Of a stretch of 64,000 bases of DNA, positions 55,885 through 64,000 are shown one piece after another. Location: NCBI GenBank assembly GCA_027021385.1, contig JALUUL010000079.1:5738-69737 (forward strand). Direction: 5' to 3'. Both the position numbers and the translations under genes were made by a program. How positions within the stretch are numbered: the stretch's first letter is position 1; every line of letters begins with the position of its first letter. Origin of the DNA: Planctomycetota bacterium (lineage in GTDB: Bacteria; Planctomycetota; UBA1135; GCA-002748355). A model generated the notes under the pieces. It worked only from the letters and a program-made list of their open reading frames with translations. It was not told the DNA's origin and searched no databases.

Positions 55885-56784
55885 ATGTCCGATCCCCGGG
55901 ATCATGGTTCTCCTCCGTGCCCCTGCTGCGCCGGGGAGCATTCCACACCCTGGTTGGAACGAGGGGGACTCCGTTACCTGCGGTGCGCCGGATGCGGCCA
56001 CGGCTGGCTCGACCCTCTTCCCGAACCCGGAACTCTCCGCGAGATCTTCGGAAAGGAGTACTTCGAGGGCGGCCGGGAAGGTGGCTATTTCCGGTATGAA
56101 CTCGATGAATCCGGGCATCGCAAGACGGCCCGGCGCAGGCTCGCGTTCCTGCGAAGCCTCGGTCTGCGCCCGCCGGGGGAAATGATCGAGATAGGTCCAG
56201 CCTATGGATTCTTCCTCGAGGAGGCCTGGTTGCAGGGTTGGCGGGTCCACGGAGTCGAACTCTCCGACCACGCCCGCGCGAAGGCGGCCCTCCGGGCTCC
56301 CGGCTATCTCGTCGCCTCCCCGGAGGAACTTCCCGGCAGGCTCCGAGGCGCCTGCCAGGCGGTATTGCTGTTTCAGGTTCTCGCGCACCTTCGGGAACCC
56401 GAACGGATGCTTGCGGAGATTCGACCCTTCCTCGCCCCGAGGGGGGTCCTCGTCTGCGAGACCTGGAACGCCGAGAGTTCGATCGCTCGCCTTTTCGGAA
56501 GGATGTGGCAGCAGGTGAGTCCTCCGGCGGTCCAGCACCTCTTCGGGGAGCGGAGCCTGCGGGAGATCCTCCGGCGTACGGGATTCAAGCTTCGTTCCTT
56601 CAAACCATGGGGCAAGACCGTCAGCCTGTCTTTTGCTCTCGGAACGGCGGCCGGCAGGCTGGGTTGGACTTCCCTGGGTGCGCGTCTGGCGGATTCTCCG
56701 CTCCGGAGGATCCCGATTCCCTATGGCTTCGGCGATCTCGTCGTCGCCGTAGCGGAGCCGGATTCCCCGAAATCGGCCTCGTAG
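55885..56784 (+). CDS. Class I SAM-dependent methyltransferase with N-terminal Cys4 zinc ribbon
   Basis: CPCC...RCAGCGHGW, then motif I MIEIGPAYGFF, and later LLFQVLAHLREP. Confidence 0.75.
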   Translation: MSDPRDHGSPPCPCCAGEHSTPWLERGGLRYLRCAGCGHGWLDPLPEPGTLREIFGKEYFEGGREGGYFRYELDESGHRKTARRRLAFLRSLGLRPPGEMIEIGPAYGFFLEEAWLQGWRVHGVELSDHARAKAALRAPGYLVASPEELPGRLRGACQAVLLFQVLAHLREPERMLAEIRPFLAPRGVLVCETWNAESSIARLFGRMWQQVSPPAVQHLFGERSLREILRRTGFKLRSFKPWGKTVSLSFALGTAAGRLGWTSLGARLADSPLRRIPIPYGFGDLVVAVAEPDSPKSAS

Positions 56785-57878
56785 AGACGATAACGGAGGG
56801 CTTCCTTCCCTCCGATCCGCAGGATCGGTTTGACCATCGGGATGTTGTCCTCCAGGACCCAGGAGAGTTCGGTCTCGAGACAGCCCCGGGCCCTTCCGAC
56901 GCGGATCAGTTCGGCCGTCAACCGCGCGTCCAGGCCCTTTCCCCGCGCCTCGGGGAGCAGGCCCAGCGTGATGACCCGGGTGCGCCGGCAGGAGCGCATC
57001 GCGGCCAGGAACTTCAGGAAGCCCAAGGGGAACAACCGTCCGCCGCATGCCTTGATCCCGACGTTGGCGTCCGGAAGAGCGAGGATGAATCCGACAGGCT
57101 TGCCGTTCCGCTCCGCGATCAGGCAGAGTTCGGGATCGTAGATCTTCCGGAAGGATTTCGCGATCGACCGGAACTCCTCCGGGCTCATCGGGACGAAGCC
57201 GAAGTTCTTCTCCCAGGCGGAAAGATAGATCTCGTGGAGGATTCGAATCTCCCGGTCGAAGTCGGCGTTCCGGATCGTCCGGACCTCCGCGGGGAAGCGG
57301 CGCGCGGCGGCCTTCGCGATGCGCTCGAGCTTGCTCGCATCGAGGTCCTCCGCGAGGGACCGGTAGGCCAGGAGATCCTTGGCCTTCCGCATGCCGCATT
57401 CCTTCATCCAGGCGTCCATTCCCTCCGGGTGCTGGGGCATGTCGATCATCGGCTGGAGATCGAATCCCGAGATCTGCAAGCCGCAGGTGTAGTTCATCGA
57501 GAGTTCGATCGGGCCGAGCATGCGCCGCAACCCTCTCTCCGCCAGGTAGTCCCGGGCGGCGCCGAGAAGGCGGGCGAGGCCTTCTGCGTCCCGGGCCAGG
57601 ACATGTCCGAAGACCCCCTCGGGTCTGCGGTGGAAATCGCGGGCGAGACGGTCGTCGACCGCGGAGATCCGACCGACGCACTCCCTTCCCCGGTAGAGGA
57701 GCCAGAAGGAGGCGGTCGCGTGGGCGAAGAAGGGATTGTGCCGGGGATCGAGCCGGCGGCATTCCTCGAAGGTCAGGGGGGGGACGAAGCCCCGCCGGTC
57801 CCCGAGGAGGATACGGGGGAGATCGACGAAGCGGCGGAGATCCCTGCGGCTCTCGACGCGCTGGAGGCGGAGACTCAT
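56721..57878 (-). CDS. GNAT-family N-acetyltransferase-like protein (about 385 aa conserved hypothetical type)
   Basis: Start re-called to MSLRLQRVESRRDLRRFVDLP. C-terminal GNAT core VGFILALPD...ITLGLLPEARGKGLDARL...ELSWVLEDN. The track start at 58430 is an over-extension. Confidence 0.6.
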   Translation of the reverse strand: MSLRLQRVESRRDLRRFVDLPRILLGDRRGFVPPLTFEECRRLDPRHNPFFAHATASFWLLYRGRECVGRISAVDDRLARDFHRRPEGVFGHVLARDAEGLARLLGAARDYLAERGLRRMLGPIELSMNYTCGLQISGFDLQPMIDMPQHPEGMDAWMKECGMRKAKDLLAYRSLAEDLDASKLERIAKAAARRFPAEVRTIRNADFDREIRILHEIYLSAWEKNFGFVPMSPEEFRSIAKSFRKIYDPELCLIAERNGKPVGFILALPDANVGIKACGGRLFPLGFLKFLAAMRSCRRTRVITLGLLPEARGKGLDARLTAELIRVGRARGCLETELSWVLEDNIPMVKPILRIGGKEALRYRLYEADFGESGSATATTRSPKP

Positions 57879-57923
57879 GGAAGCGTTTTGCCTGAAAGGC
57901 CGCTCCGTGCCAACATCGAAGAC

Positions 57924-58895
57924 ATGCTTCACCTGCGAAACCGGATCGAGGAGGGCGCCCCCCGGAGAGGCTTTCCCGCTGTCCGGGTCGCGATCCTGCT
58001 CCTCTGCGCCGCCTGCGCGAACGGGGAGGGGCGCTCCTCCCGGCCCGTGCTGGAGGCGAAGAACCTGACGAAGGCCGATCTCCAGCGACTCGCCGCCGTC
58101 GAGCGGTCCTTCCTGCAGGCGGACCCTTCGTTTCCCGGGATCCTGGAAGAGGTCCGGGCCGAAGACCCCCGCTACGGGCCCTGGTTGGCCAAGATGCTGC
58201 TGGGCCACGCTCTCTCGGGCAACGACCGTCTCCTCGCCCGCGGCGTCCTTCCGGAGGTCGCGTTCGGAAAGGGGAAGGTCCCGGAAAGTCTTCGGGGAAG
58301 CCTGTTCGCCCGGGCCCGGGAAGGCCTCCGCAGGCTCGGGAAAGACGCCAGGCGGGCGATCCTCGTCTATCTTCTCCGGGACCATCGGAACCCGAACCGG
58401 CGGACCGGCCGCCTGCTCCTGCGGGTCCATCCCCTGGGGGAACTCCTGCCCGACCTCGAGCGTGAACTCCGGGAGGGGAACGAGGTCTCGATCCGCGAGG
58501 TCCTCAAGCTCTGCGGCGAACTCCCCCCGAACGAGGCCCTGGTCCGTCTCCTGCTCCCACGGACGCGGGAAGGGGATTGGAAGAGGAGGGGGGCGGCGAT
58601 GGTTCCCCTGGCTCTCCAGTGGAAAGGGCTCGGGAAGGACCCGAAGGAAGCCGCGAGGTTCTTCCTCGACCGTCGCCGCGAGGAGGAGGACCCCTGGGTG
58701 CGGCGTCAGTGTCTGAAGGCCCTGGGATTCCTGGGCGATCTGCGGAACGCTCCCTTGTTGGTCGAGATCCTCGAGACGGCCCTCGGGAACGGGGACGCGG
58801 CCGAGGCGCGCAGCGCGGCGGACGCCCTCGAACGCTTGACCGGCCGGAGGTTCGGGATCAAAGTGCGGGCCTGGCGTCGATGGCTGGGGGGTTGA
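57924..58895 (+). CDS. HEAT-repeat protein with N-terminal signal/possible lipoprotein anchor
   Basis: Start re-called to MLHLRNRIE. VRVAILLLCAACANG. Also DPWVRRQCLKALGFLGDLRNAPLLVEILE (HEAT/PBS-lyase-type repeat). Confidence 0.5.
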   Translation: MLHLRNRIEEGAPRRGFPAVRVAILLLCAACANGEGRSSRPVLEAKNLTKADLQRLAAVERSFLQADPSFPGILEEVRAEDPRYGPWLAKMLLGHALSGNDRLLARGVLPEVAFGKGKVPESLRGSLFARAREGLRRLGKDARRAILVYLLRDHRNPNRRTGRLLLRVHPLGELLPDLERELREGNEVSIREVLKLCGELPPNEALVRLLLPRTREGDWKRRGAAMVPLALQWKGLGKDPKEAARFFLDRRREEEDPWVRRQCLKALGFLGDLRNAPLLVEILETALGNGDAAEARSAADALERLTGRRFGIKVRAWRRWLGG

Positions 58896-58897
58896 GC

Positions 58898-59464
58898 ATG
58901 GACCCGAAGACCGAGAGTTCCGCGAGAAAGACGACCTTCGGGCCGCCCGCGGGTGAATGGCGGATCGCCGAGACGAACCGCCGCTGCGCCCGATGCTCCC
59001 GCCCCTTCCTCGCCGAGGATCGCTTCGTCTCCCTGTTGCTCTTCGAGGGCGGAGAGGCCCTCCCGAGGCTGATCCGCGTCGACCACTGTCTTTCCTGCTG
59101 GGAGAATCGGAGGGAAGAGTTGCGGGAAGACGGTCCGGGACCGATCTACTGGGTGACCCGAAGGCGGCCCGGCGCGAGGGAAGAACACCTCGTGGATCTC
59201 GGATCCCTCGAGCGGCTCTTCCTCGACCTCCTCGAACGGAAGGAAGAGGAATACGCCGCGCTCTGCTACGTGGTCGGACTCCTGCTCTTCCGCAAGAAGA
59301 TCCTGAAGAGGGTCCGCGGAGCGCAGGGAGCCCGTGGCGACCTGATCTTCAAGGACCCCCGGGACGAGGAAGGGAAGAGGATCCTGAGGATTCCGGCTCC
59401 GGACTTCACGCCCGAGGTTCTCGAGGATCTGAAGGAAAGGCTCGGGGACATCCTCGGGGCTTGA
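58898..59464 (+). CDS. Hypothetical protein with CxxC...CxxC zinc-ribbon N-terminus
   Basis: RRCARCSRPF...VDHCLSCW, then a helical C-terminus LCYVVGLLLFRKKILKR. Starts 3 nt after the upstream stop. Confidence 0.5.
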   Translation: MDPKTESSARKTTFGPPAGEWRIAETNRRCARCSRPFLAEDRFVSLLLFEGGEALPRLIRVDHCLSCWENRREELREDGPGPIYWVTRRRPGAREEHLVDLGSLERLFLDLLERKEEEYAALCYVVGLLLFRKKILKRVRGAQGARGDLIFKDPRDEEGKRILRIPAPDFTPEVLEDLKERLGDILGA

Positions 59465-59477
59465 GGCCGTCGCCGGG

Positions 59478-60830
59478 GTGGGGAAGGACCGCGGCAGCCC
59501 CTTCGATACGATCTGGGCCCCGGCGAGCCCGAAAGGAGTCGCTCCTCGTGGGATCGTCCGCCTTTCCGGACCGGAGTCCTTCCCGATCCTCGAGCGGCTT
59601 TGCGGCGCCCCCTTTTCGAGGAGACGGGGGGGGGAGTTCCGGAACCTGATCCTGGAGGAGGGGGGGACTCCCCTCCTCCTCCCGGCCCTCTGTCTCGGTT
59701 TCGTCGGTCCGGCCTCCTACACCGGTGAAGATCTCTGCGAGATCCATTGCGCGTCCTCTCCACCCCTGCTGGCGATCCTAGGACGGCGGCTCGAGGAATG
59801 CGGGGCGCGGGGCGCCTGGCCCGGCGAGTTCACGCGCCGGGCCTTCCAGAACGGCCGCCTCGACCTCGCCCGCGCGGAAGCGGTCATCGCATGGATCCGG
59901 GCGAGGGACGAGGAGTCCCTCGCCCGTGCGGGGCGCGGCCTCGGAGGAGGGGGGAGCCCGGAGGAGGAACTCAGGAGATCCCTTCTCGATCTCTGGGCGC
60001 TCCTCGAGGCGGGGCTGGATTTCTCCGAGGGAGAGACCGGGGAGGTGTCCCGGGATTTCTGGGAACCCGAACTCCGCCGGCTCGAGAGGAGGGCGGCCCG
60101 CATGGCGCCAGAACTTCCGGTGGGTGGCGGTGAGTGCGGCCTTCCCTCCTATCTCCTGCTCGGTCCTCCGAACGCGGGAAAGACGAGTCTCTGCAACGCC
60201 CTCTGCCTCGACGGAACCGAGGGGCGGGGGCTCGTCTCGAGCACGGAGGGAACGACGAGGGACATCCGCTGGAGGCGCGTCGCGGGTCTCGAGTTCCGCC
60301 TGGCCGATTCCGCGGGCGGGCGTTTCCGAGAGGTGGGGGAGGGGGGGGACCAGGAACGCCGCATCCTGGAGCGGGAACTCGCGCGGGCGGACGGTTGGAT
60401 CTGGATGGAGTCTCCGGGACCGGGAGGGCGGCTCGAGGGGCCGCCGCGGGCCCTTCCGGGGACTCCCGCGCTGAAGATCCTCGGGAAGGCGGACCTCCGG
60501 GGAGCGGGGACCGAAGGGCGAAGGCCCCCCGGCTGGCTTCCGGTCTCCGTTCGATCCGGCGAGGGGCTCGAGGATCTGCGGGAATCCCTGCGGGCTCTCG
60601 GAAGCCAAAGCGATTGGACCGCGGCCTTGGAGGCGGCCCGCCGGGCCGGGCTGGACACGATGAGATCGGCTCTCGCCCGGGCGGTTGCGGCCCTGGATCG
60701 GGGCCTCGGTCCGGAGTGCGTGGCAGCCGAACTTCGCGAGGCCGCCGGGATCCTCGACCCGGAACGCTCATCCCGCCTTCCCGAGGAACTCCTGGATCGG
60801 ATCTTCGCCGCGTTCTGCCTGGGGAAGTGA
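59478..60830 (+). CDS. mnmE: tRNA modification GTPase MnmE (TrmE)
   Basis: DTIWAPASPKG...GIVRLSGP, G1 LLGPPNAGKTSL, G2 GTTRD. The C-terminus ends FCLGK (the C(I/L)GK motif). Confidence 0.85.
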   Translation: MGKDRGSPFDTIWAPASPKGVAPRGIVRLSGPESFPILERLCGAPFSRRRGGEFRNLILEEGGTPLLLPALCLGFVGPASYTGEDLCEIHCASSPPLLAILGRRLEECGARGAWPGEFTRRAFQNGRLDLARAEAVIAWIRARDEESLARAGRGLGGGGSPEEELRRSLLDLWALLEAGLDFSEGETGEVSRDFWEPELRRLERRAARMAPELPVGGGECGLPSYLLLGPPNAGKTSLCNALCLDGTEGRGLVSSTEGTTRDIRWRRVAGLEFRLADSAGGRFREVGEGGDQERRILERELARADGWIWMESPGPGGRLEGPPRALPGTPALKILGKADLRGAGTEGRRPPGWLPVSVRSGEGLEDLRESLRALGSQSDWTAALEAARRAGLDTMRSALARAVAALDRGLGPECVAAELREAAGILDPERSSRLPEELLDRIFAAFCLGK

Positions 60831-60906
60831 TGCAGAGGAAGCTCTCGAAAGGATGCGGCCCTTGGACGCAAGAAGCTGGGATGGTAGGGTTTGCGTTGCC
60901 TCCGAC

Positions 60907-60928
60907 GGCGCCGCAACGGGGCGGCGCC
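60907..60928 (+). terminator. Perfect 8-bp GC hairpin downstream of mnmE (candidate terminator, no U-tract)
   Basis: ggcgccgc [aacggg] gcggcgcc, 77 nt after the mnmE stop and about 105 nt before nrdR. Confidence 0.25.
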
Positions 60929-61034
60929 CGGCGGGGCTCCGGCGGGCGGCCGGATGTCGTGCGTGTGGACCCGCATGCCGTATGGGAGGGCGGGGGGCCA
61001 CTTCGAGCGAAGCTCCGAATCGAGCGTACAGGCC

Positions 61035-61499
61035 ATGCGTTGCCCTTACTGCAAAGCGGACAATGACCGAGTCGTGGATTCGAGATCCTCGGCCGACGGG
61101 TTCACGATCCGGCGCAGGAGACAGTGCCAGGCCTGCCAGCGAAGGTTCACGACCTACGAGAAGATCGAGGAGACTCCCCTCCGGGTCGTGAAGAAGGACG
61201 GCAGCCGCGTCCCCTTCGACCGGCACAAGATCCTTGCGGGTCTCTACAAGGCCTGCGAGAAGCGGCCGGTCTCCAAGGAGCGGATCGAGGAAGTGGCCGA
61301 CAAGGTCGAGCGCCAGTGCGGCGAAGCCTTCGATCGGGAAGTGCCGACGCAGATGATCGGCCGGCTCGTGATGGAAGTGCTGCGCGACCTCGACCAAGTG
61401 GCCTACGTGCGCTTTGCGTCCGTCTACCGGGAGTTCAAGGATGTCTCCCAGTTCCTCGAGGAACTCCGGCCGATGCTGGAGAAGAAGGCGGATCTCTGA
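61035..61499 (+). CDS. nrdR: Transcriptional repressor NrdR
   Basis: Start re-called to [34 protein letters not shown] (zinc ribbon), then the ATP-cone [16 protein letters not shown]. Confidence 0.92.
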   Translation: MRCPYCKADNDRVVDSRSSADGFTIRRRRQCQACQRRFTTYEKIEETPLRVVKKDGSRVPFDRHKILAGLYKACEKRPVSKERIEEVADKVERQCGEAFDREVPTQMIGRLVMEVLRDLDQVAYVRFASVYREFKDVSQFLEELRPMLEKKADL

Positions 61500-61551
61500 G
61501 CCTTCGATTCCCGATGACTGGAGGACCCCGCCTCGTTCCGGATCCAGGCCG

Positions 61552-64000
61552 ATGCGACTGAAACGTCTCGTCCTCTCGGGTTTCAAGTCCTTCGCGGACA
61601 AGACCGAGTTCTGCTTCGACGCGAACCTCACGGGCATCATCGGGCCCAACGGCTGCGGAAAATCCAACGTCGTCGACGCGGTGAAGTGGGTCCTCGGCTC
61701 GCAGCGTCCGACCGCCATGCGGGGACGGGAGATGTTCGACCTGATCTTCGCCGGAGCGGAGGGTCGGTCGGCTTCCGGGGTCGCCGAAGTCCGGCTCGTG
61801 CTCGGATTCGAGGATGAGAGGGAGGAGGACGGAGGCTCCCCGCTCCGGACCGCGGAAGGATGTCCGATCGTCGAGGTCGAGCGTCCCGAACTGAGCATCG
61901 GGCGCCGGCTCTTCCGCTCGGGAGAGAGTGAGTACCTGCTGAACGGCCGGACGGTGCGCCTGAAGGACATCCGGGAGGTCATGCTCGACACCGGCCTGGG
62001 TGTCGGGGGATACGCCGTCATGGAACAGGGCGAGATCGACGCCGTCCTGTCCGCGAATCCCGAGGAACGCCGCAAGATCTTCGACGAGGCGGCCGGAATC
62101 AGCCGTTACAAGCTCAGGCGGCGGGAGGCGCTCCGGAAGCTCGAACGGACCGAACAGAACCTTGCCCGGGTCCAGGATCTCCGTCAGGAGAAGGCCTCGC
62201 GCCTGCGATCCCTGAAGATCCAGGCGACCCGGGCGCGGACCTGGCGGGAGGCGGCCGAGAGGAGGAGGGCGCTCAGGGTCGCGGTGGCGATGAAGGAGTC
62301 CGGGCTCCTCGAGGTCGAACTCGAAGGACTCCGGGCCCGGCTGTCGGAGGCCGATCTCGCCCTGAAGGAAGCGGAGGAGAGGCGCGAGGACCTCCGGAGG
62401 AGGCTGCGGGCGGAGGAGAGGGAACTCCAGGGCTTGAGCCGGGAGGTCGAGGAGGCCCGGGAGGCCCTGACCCAGAAGCGGGCGGACACGAGGCGGCATG
62501 CCGAGGCTTTTGACGCCGGTTTGCGGAAGTTGGAGGAGATCCGACACCGTCGGTCCGCAACGCTCCAGGAACTCGACGATCTGAGCCGGCAGATCCGACG
62601 GACCCGCGCCGACCTCGAGGCCCTGGAGACGCAACGGACCGAACTCGGGGCCGAACTCGACCGGATCGAGGGCGAGACTCCGGAAGTCCGGAAGGCGGCC
62701 GAGACCGATCGGCGGGCGGCGCAGGCCGCCCGCGACCGCCTCGAGCGGGCGAGACAGGGGATCCTCGAGACGATGCACGCCCGCACGAGGGCCGGGAACG
62801 AGGTCCGGGAGGCCGAGACCGAGATCCGGAACCTGAGGGCCCGCGCCCAGCGCCTCGAGGAGAAGATCGGGGAACTCGAAGCGCGGGGCGCGGCGATGCG
62901 GGGTGAACGGATCGCGGAGGCGAGGGCGGCCGAGGACCTGAGACAGCGTCTGGAGCGGGCCCTTGGATACCTGGACCGGCAGAAGGGGCTGGTCGAGGAG
63001 GCCGAGGAGGCGCAGGAGGCGGTCGTCCGCAGGATCCAGGAGCTGGCGGACCGGAAGACGGAGACCGCCTCCGAACTCCGCCTGCTCGAGGAGCTGGAAT
63101 CCGGTCATACCGGCATGGACGAGGCCGCGAAGGAGCTGCTCGCGGAAGGGGAGGGCGAGGTGCGGCGGCTCGTCGAGGGCATCGACTGCCCTCTCGAGCT
63201 CGGCCCCGCCCTGGAGGCCGTCCTCGGTCCCTTCGTGCAGGCCCTGCTCGTCGCCGACCGGGAGGCTCTCCGCGCCGCCTTCGCCCGCACCGCCGGAACG
63301 AAGGGACGGAGCCTCTGCCTCGCGGTCCGCCCGGATACCGAGGGAAACCCGAAGAAGATGGGGGAATCGCCCCTGCCCGGGGACGGACCCTTGTCCTTGC
63401 CCGCGGAGGGCCTTCCGCTCTCGTCCTTCTGCCGCCTCGATCCGGAAGTCGAGGCCCTGTGCGGGGATGTCCTTTCCCGGGCCCGGGTCGTCGCGGATCT
63501 CGACGCGGCCGAACGGCTCCGCGGCCGGGTGCCGGAACGGGTCCTCGTGACCCTGAAGGGGGAGATCGTCGAGGGGCCCTGGGTCCGCGTGCATCGCCTC
63601 GAACGTTCCGCCGGCCTCGTGCAGCGTCGCAGCGCGATCCTCAGGCTCCGGGAGGATCTGGAGCGCATGAACACCGCCCTCGCGGCGGAGGTTCGACTCC
63701 GGAAGGACCTCGAGGACCGCCTCCGCCGGCGCATGCGCAGGAGAGCCCGTCTCGAGTTCCTCCGGGAAGGGCTCGCCCGGAGGCTGCATGCGCAGGAGCA
63801 CAGGCTCGAGGTCCTGGAGCGCGGGGAGAAGGAGTGGGAAGCCCGGCTTTCGACCGAGCGGGAGGACCTCGAAGCCTGCCGCGCCCAGCAGGGCGACAGC
63901 CGGGTCCGGATGATGAAGCCCCTCTTCGACGGATTCCTTCTGCAACGGAGGCAGGAGAGATTCGAAGCGGAACAGGAGACCGCGAAGGAGGTCCTTCGAG
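61552..64000 (+). CDS. smc: Chromosome partition protein SMC (5-prime partial, runs off the right edge)
   Basis: My own translation from ATG 61552 reads MRLKRLVLSGFKSFADKTEFCFDANLTGIIGPNGCGKSNVVDAVKWVLG; later EERRKIFDEAAGISRYK and a long coiled coil. It is absent from the ORF track because no stop falls inside the window. The 836-aa antisense ORF is rejected. Confidence 0.9.
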   Translation, partial: MRLKRLVLSGFKSFADKTEFCFDANLTGIIGPNGCGKSNVVDAVKWVLGSQRPTAMRGREMFDLIFAGAEGRSASGVAEVRLVLGFEDEREEDGGSPLRTAEGCPIVEVERPELSIGRRLFRSGESEYLLNGRTVRLKDIREVMLDTGLGVGGYAVMEQGEIDAVLSANPEERRKIFDEAAGISRYKLRRREALRKLERTEQNLARVQDLRQEKASRLRSLKIQATRARTWREAAERRRALRVAVAMKESGLLEVELEGLRARLSEADLALKEAEERREDLRRRLRAEERELQGLSREVEEAREALTQKRADTRRHAEAFDAGLRKLEEIRHRRSATLQELDDLSRQIRRTRADLEALETQRTELGAELDRIEGETPEVRKAAETDRRAAQAARDRLERARQGILETMHARTRAGNEVREAETEIRNLRARAQRLEEKIGELEARGAAMRGERIAEARAAEDLRQRLERALGYLDRQKGLVEEAEEAQEAVVRRIQELADRKTETASELRLLEELESGHTGMDEAAKELLAEGEGEVRRLVEGIDCPLELGPALEAVLGPFVQALLVADREALRAAFARTAGTKGRSLCLAVRPDTEGNPKKMGESPLPGDGPLSLPAEGLPLSSFCRLDPEVEALCGDVLSRARVVADLDAAERLRGRVPERVLVTLKGEIVEGPWVRVHRLERSAGLVQRRSAILRLREDLERMNTALAAEVRLRKDLEDRLRRRMRRRARLEFLREGLARRLHAQEHRLEVLERGEKEWEARLSTEREDLEACRAQQGDSRVRMMKPLFDGFLLQRRQERFEAEQETAKEVLR

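Noticed and set aside
61435-63945. 836-aa ORF on the minus strand
   Set aside because: It is antisense to smc, whose N-terminal Walker A region and coiled coil are unmistakable in the plus-strand frame starting at 61552.
1-64000. CRISPR arrays, cas genes, reverse transcriptases/retrons/DGRs, toxin-antitoxin pairs, prophage genes, rRNA/tRNA
   Set aside because: I scanned the intergenic gaps and the ORF translations and found no regularly spaced direct repeats, no RT (YxDD) or Cas signatures, and no phage structural or integrase genes. The only mobile-element traces are the decayed IS fragments at the left end.

Overview
The window is 64 kb of densely coding, very high-G+C bacterial chromosome. 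I call about 58 protein-coding genes or gene remnants. I found no rRNA, tRNA, CRISPR array, reverse transcriptase or recognisable phage or defence cassette. All calls rest on family motifs read directly from the supplied translations, because no database search was possible. Many start codons are my re-calls: internal ATG/GTG/TTG starts, several with ATGA/GTGA stop-start overlaps. The six-frame track over-extends ORFs in this GC-rich DNA and contains many long antisense shadow ORFs, which I rejected. Layout, left to right: (1) decayed IS256 and IS3 debris bracketing a visibly lower-G+C islet (GT4 glycosyltransferase, SAM methyltransferase); (2) an Rv1277/Rv1278-type SbcD/SbcC-like pair; (3) a minus-strand string gatC-gatA fusion, gatB, crcB, DUF190, plsC; (4) a membrane protein, comF and a K+ channel; (5) a Wzy/Wzx/pyruvyl-transferase glycan mini-locus; (6) rnhA, mqnB, mqnD; (7) two tandem secreted LVIVD/choice-of-anchor-B-like proteins; (8) a DEAD-box helicase, an orphan rplC, a possible 49-aa basic ORF, an HI0933 flavoprotein, panB, pcnB, accA; (9) an ECF sigma, anti-sigma, PDZ, HEAT/PDZ cluster; (10) a Wzx/Wzy-type EPS locus (deacetylase, GNAT-like, FemAB-like, degenerate BY-kinase, PCP, priming transferase, GT2); (11) upp divergent from an operon led by a secreted ComEC-type MBL + lamin-tail protein and followed by hpt, cdd, deoA, nupC, punA; (12) a TVP38/GNAT/GNAT/methyltransferase/GNAT cluster, a HEAT protein, a Zn-ribbon protein, mnmE, nrdR and the 5-prime two thirds of smc. 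The most interesting hypotheses are: a candidate extracellular-DNA scavenging/nucleoside salvage module; a C-terminal module shared by three secreted proteins that could be a sorting tag; a catalytically degenerate BY-kinase in an exosortase-type EPS locus that lacks an exosortase; and an ECF sigma operon with a DegS-like pseudo-protease. Phylum is uncertain: scattered ribosomal genes, HEAT/PDZ secreted proteins and LVIVD proteins hint at a PVC/Planctomycetota- or Myxococcota-like lineage, at low confidence.
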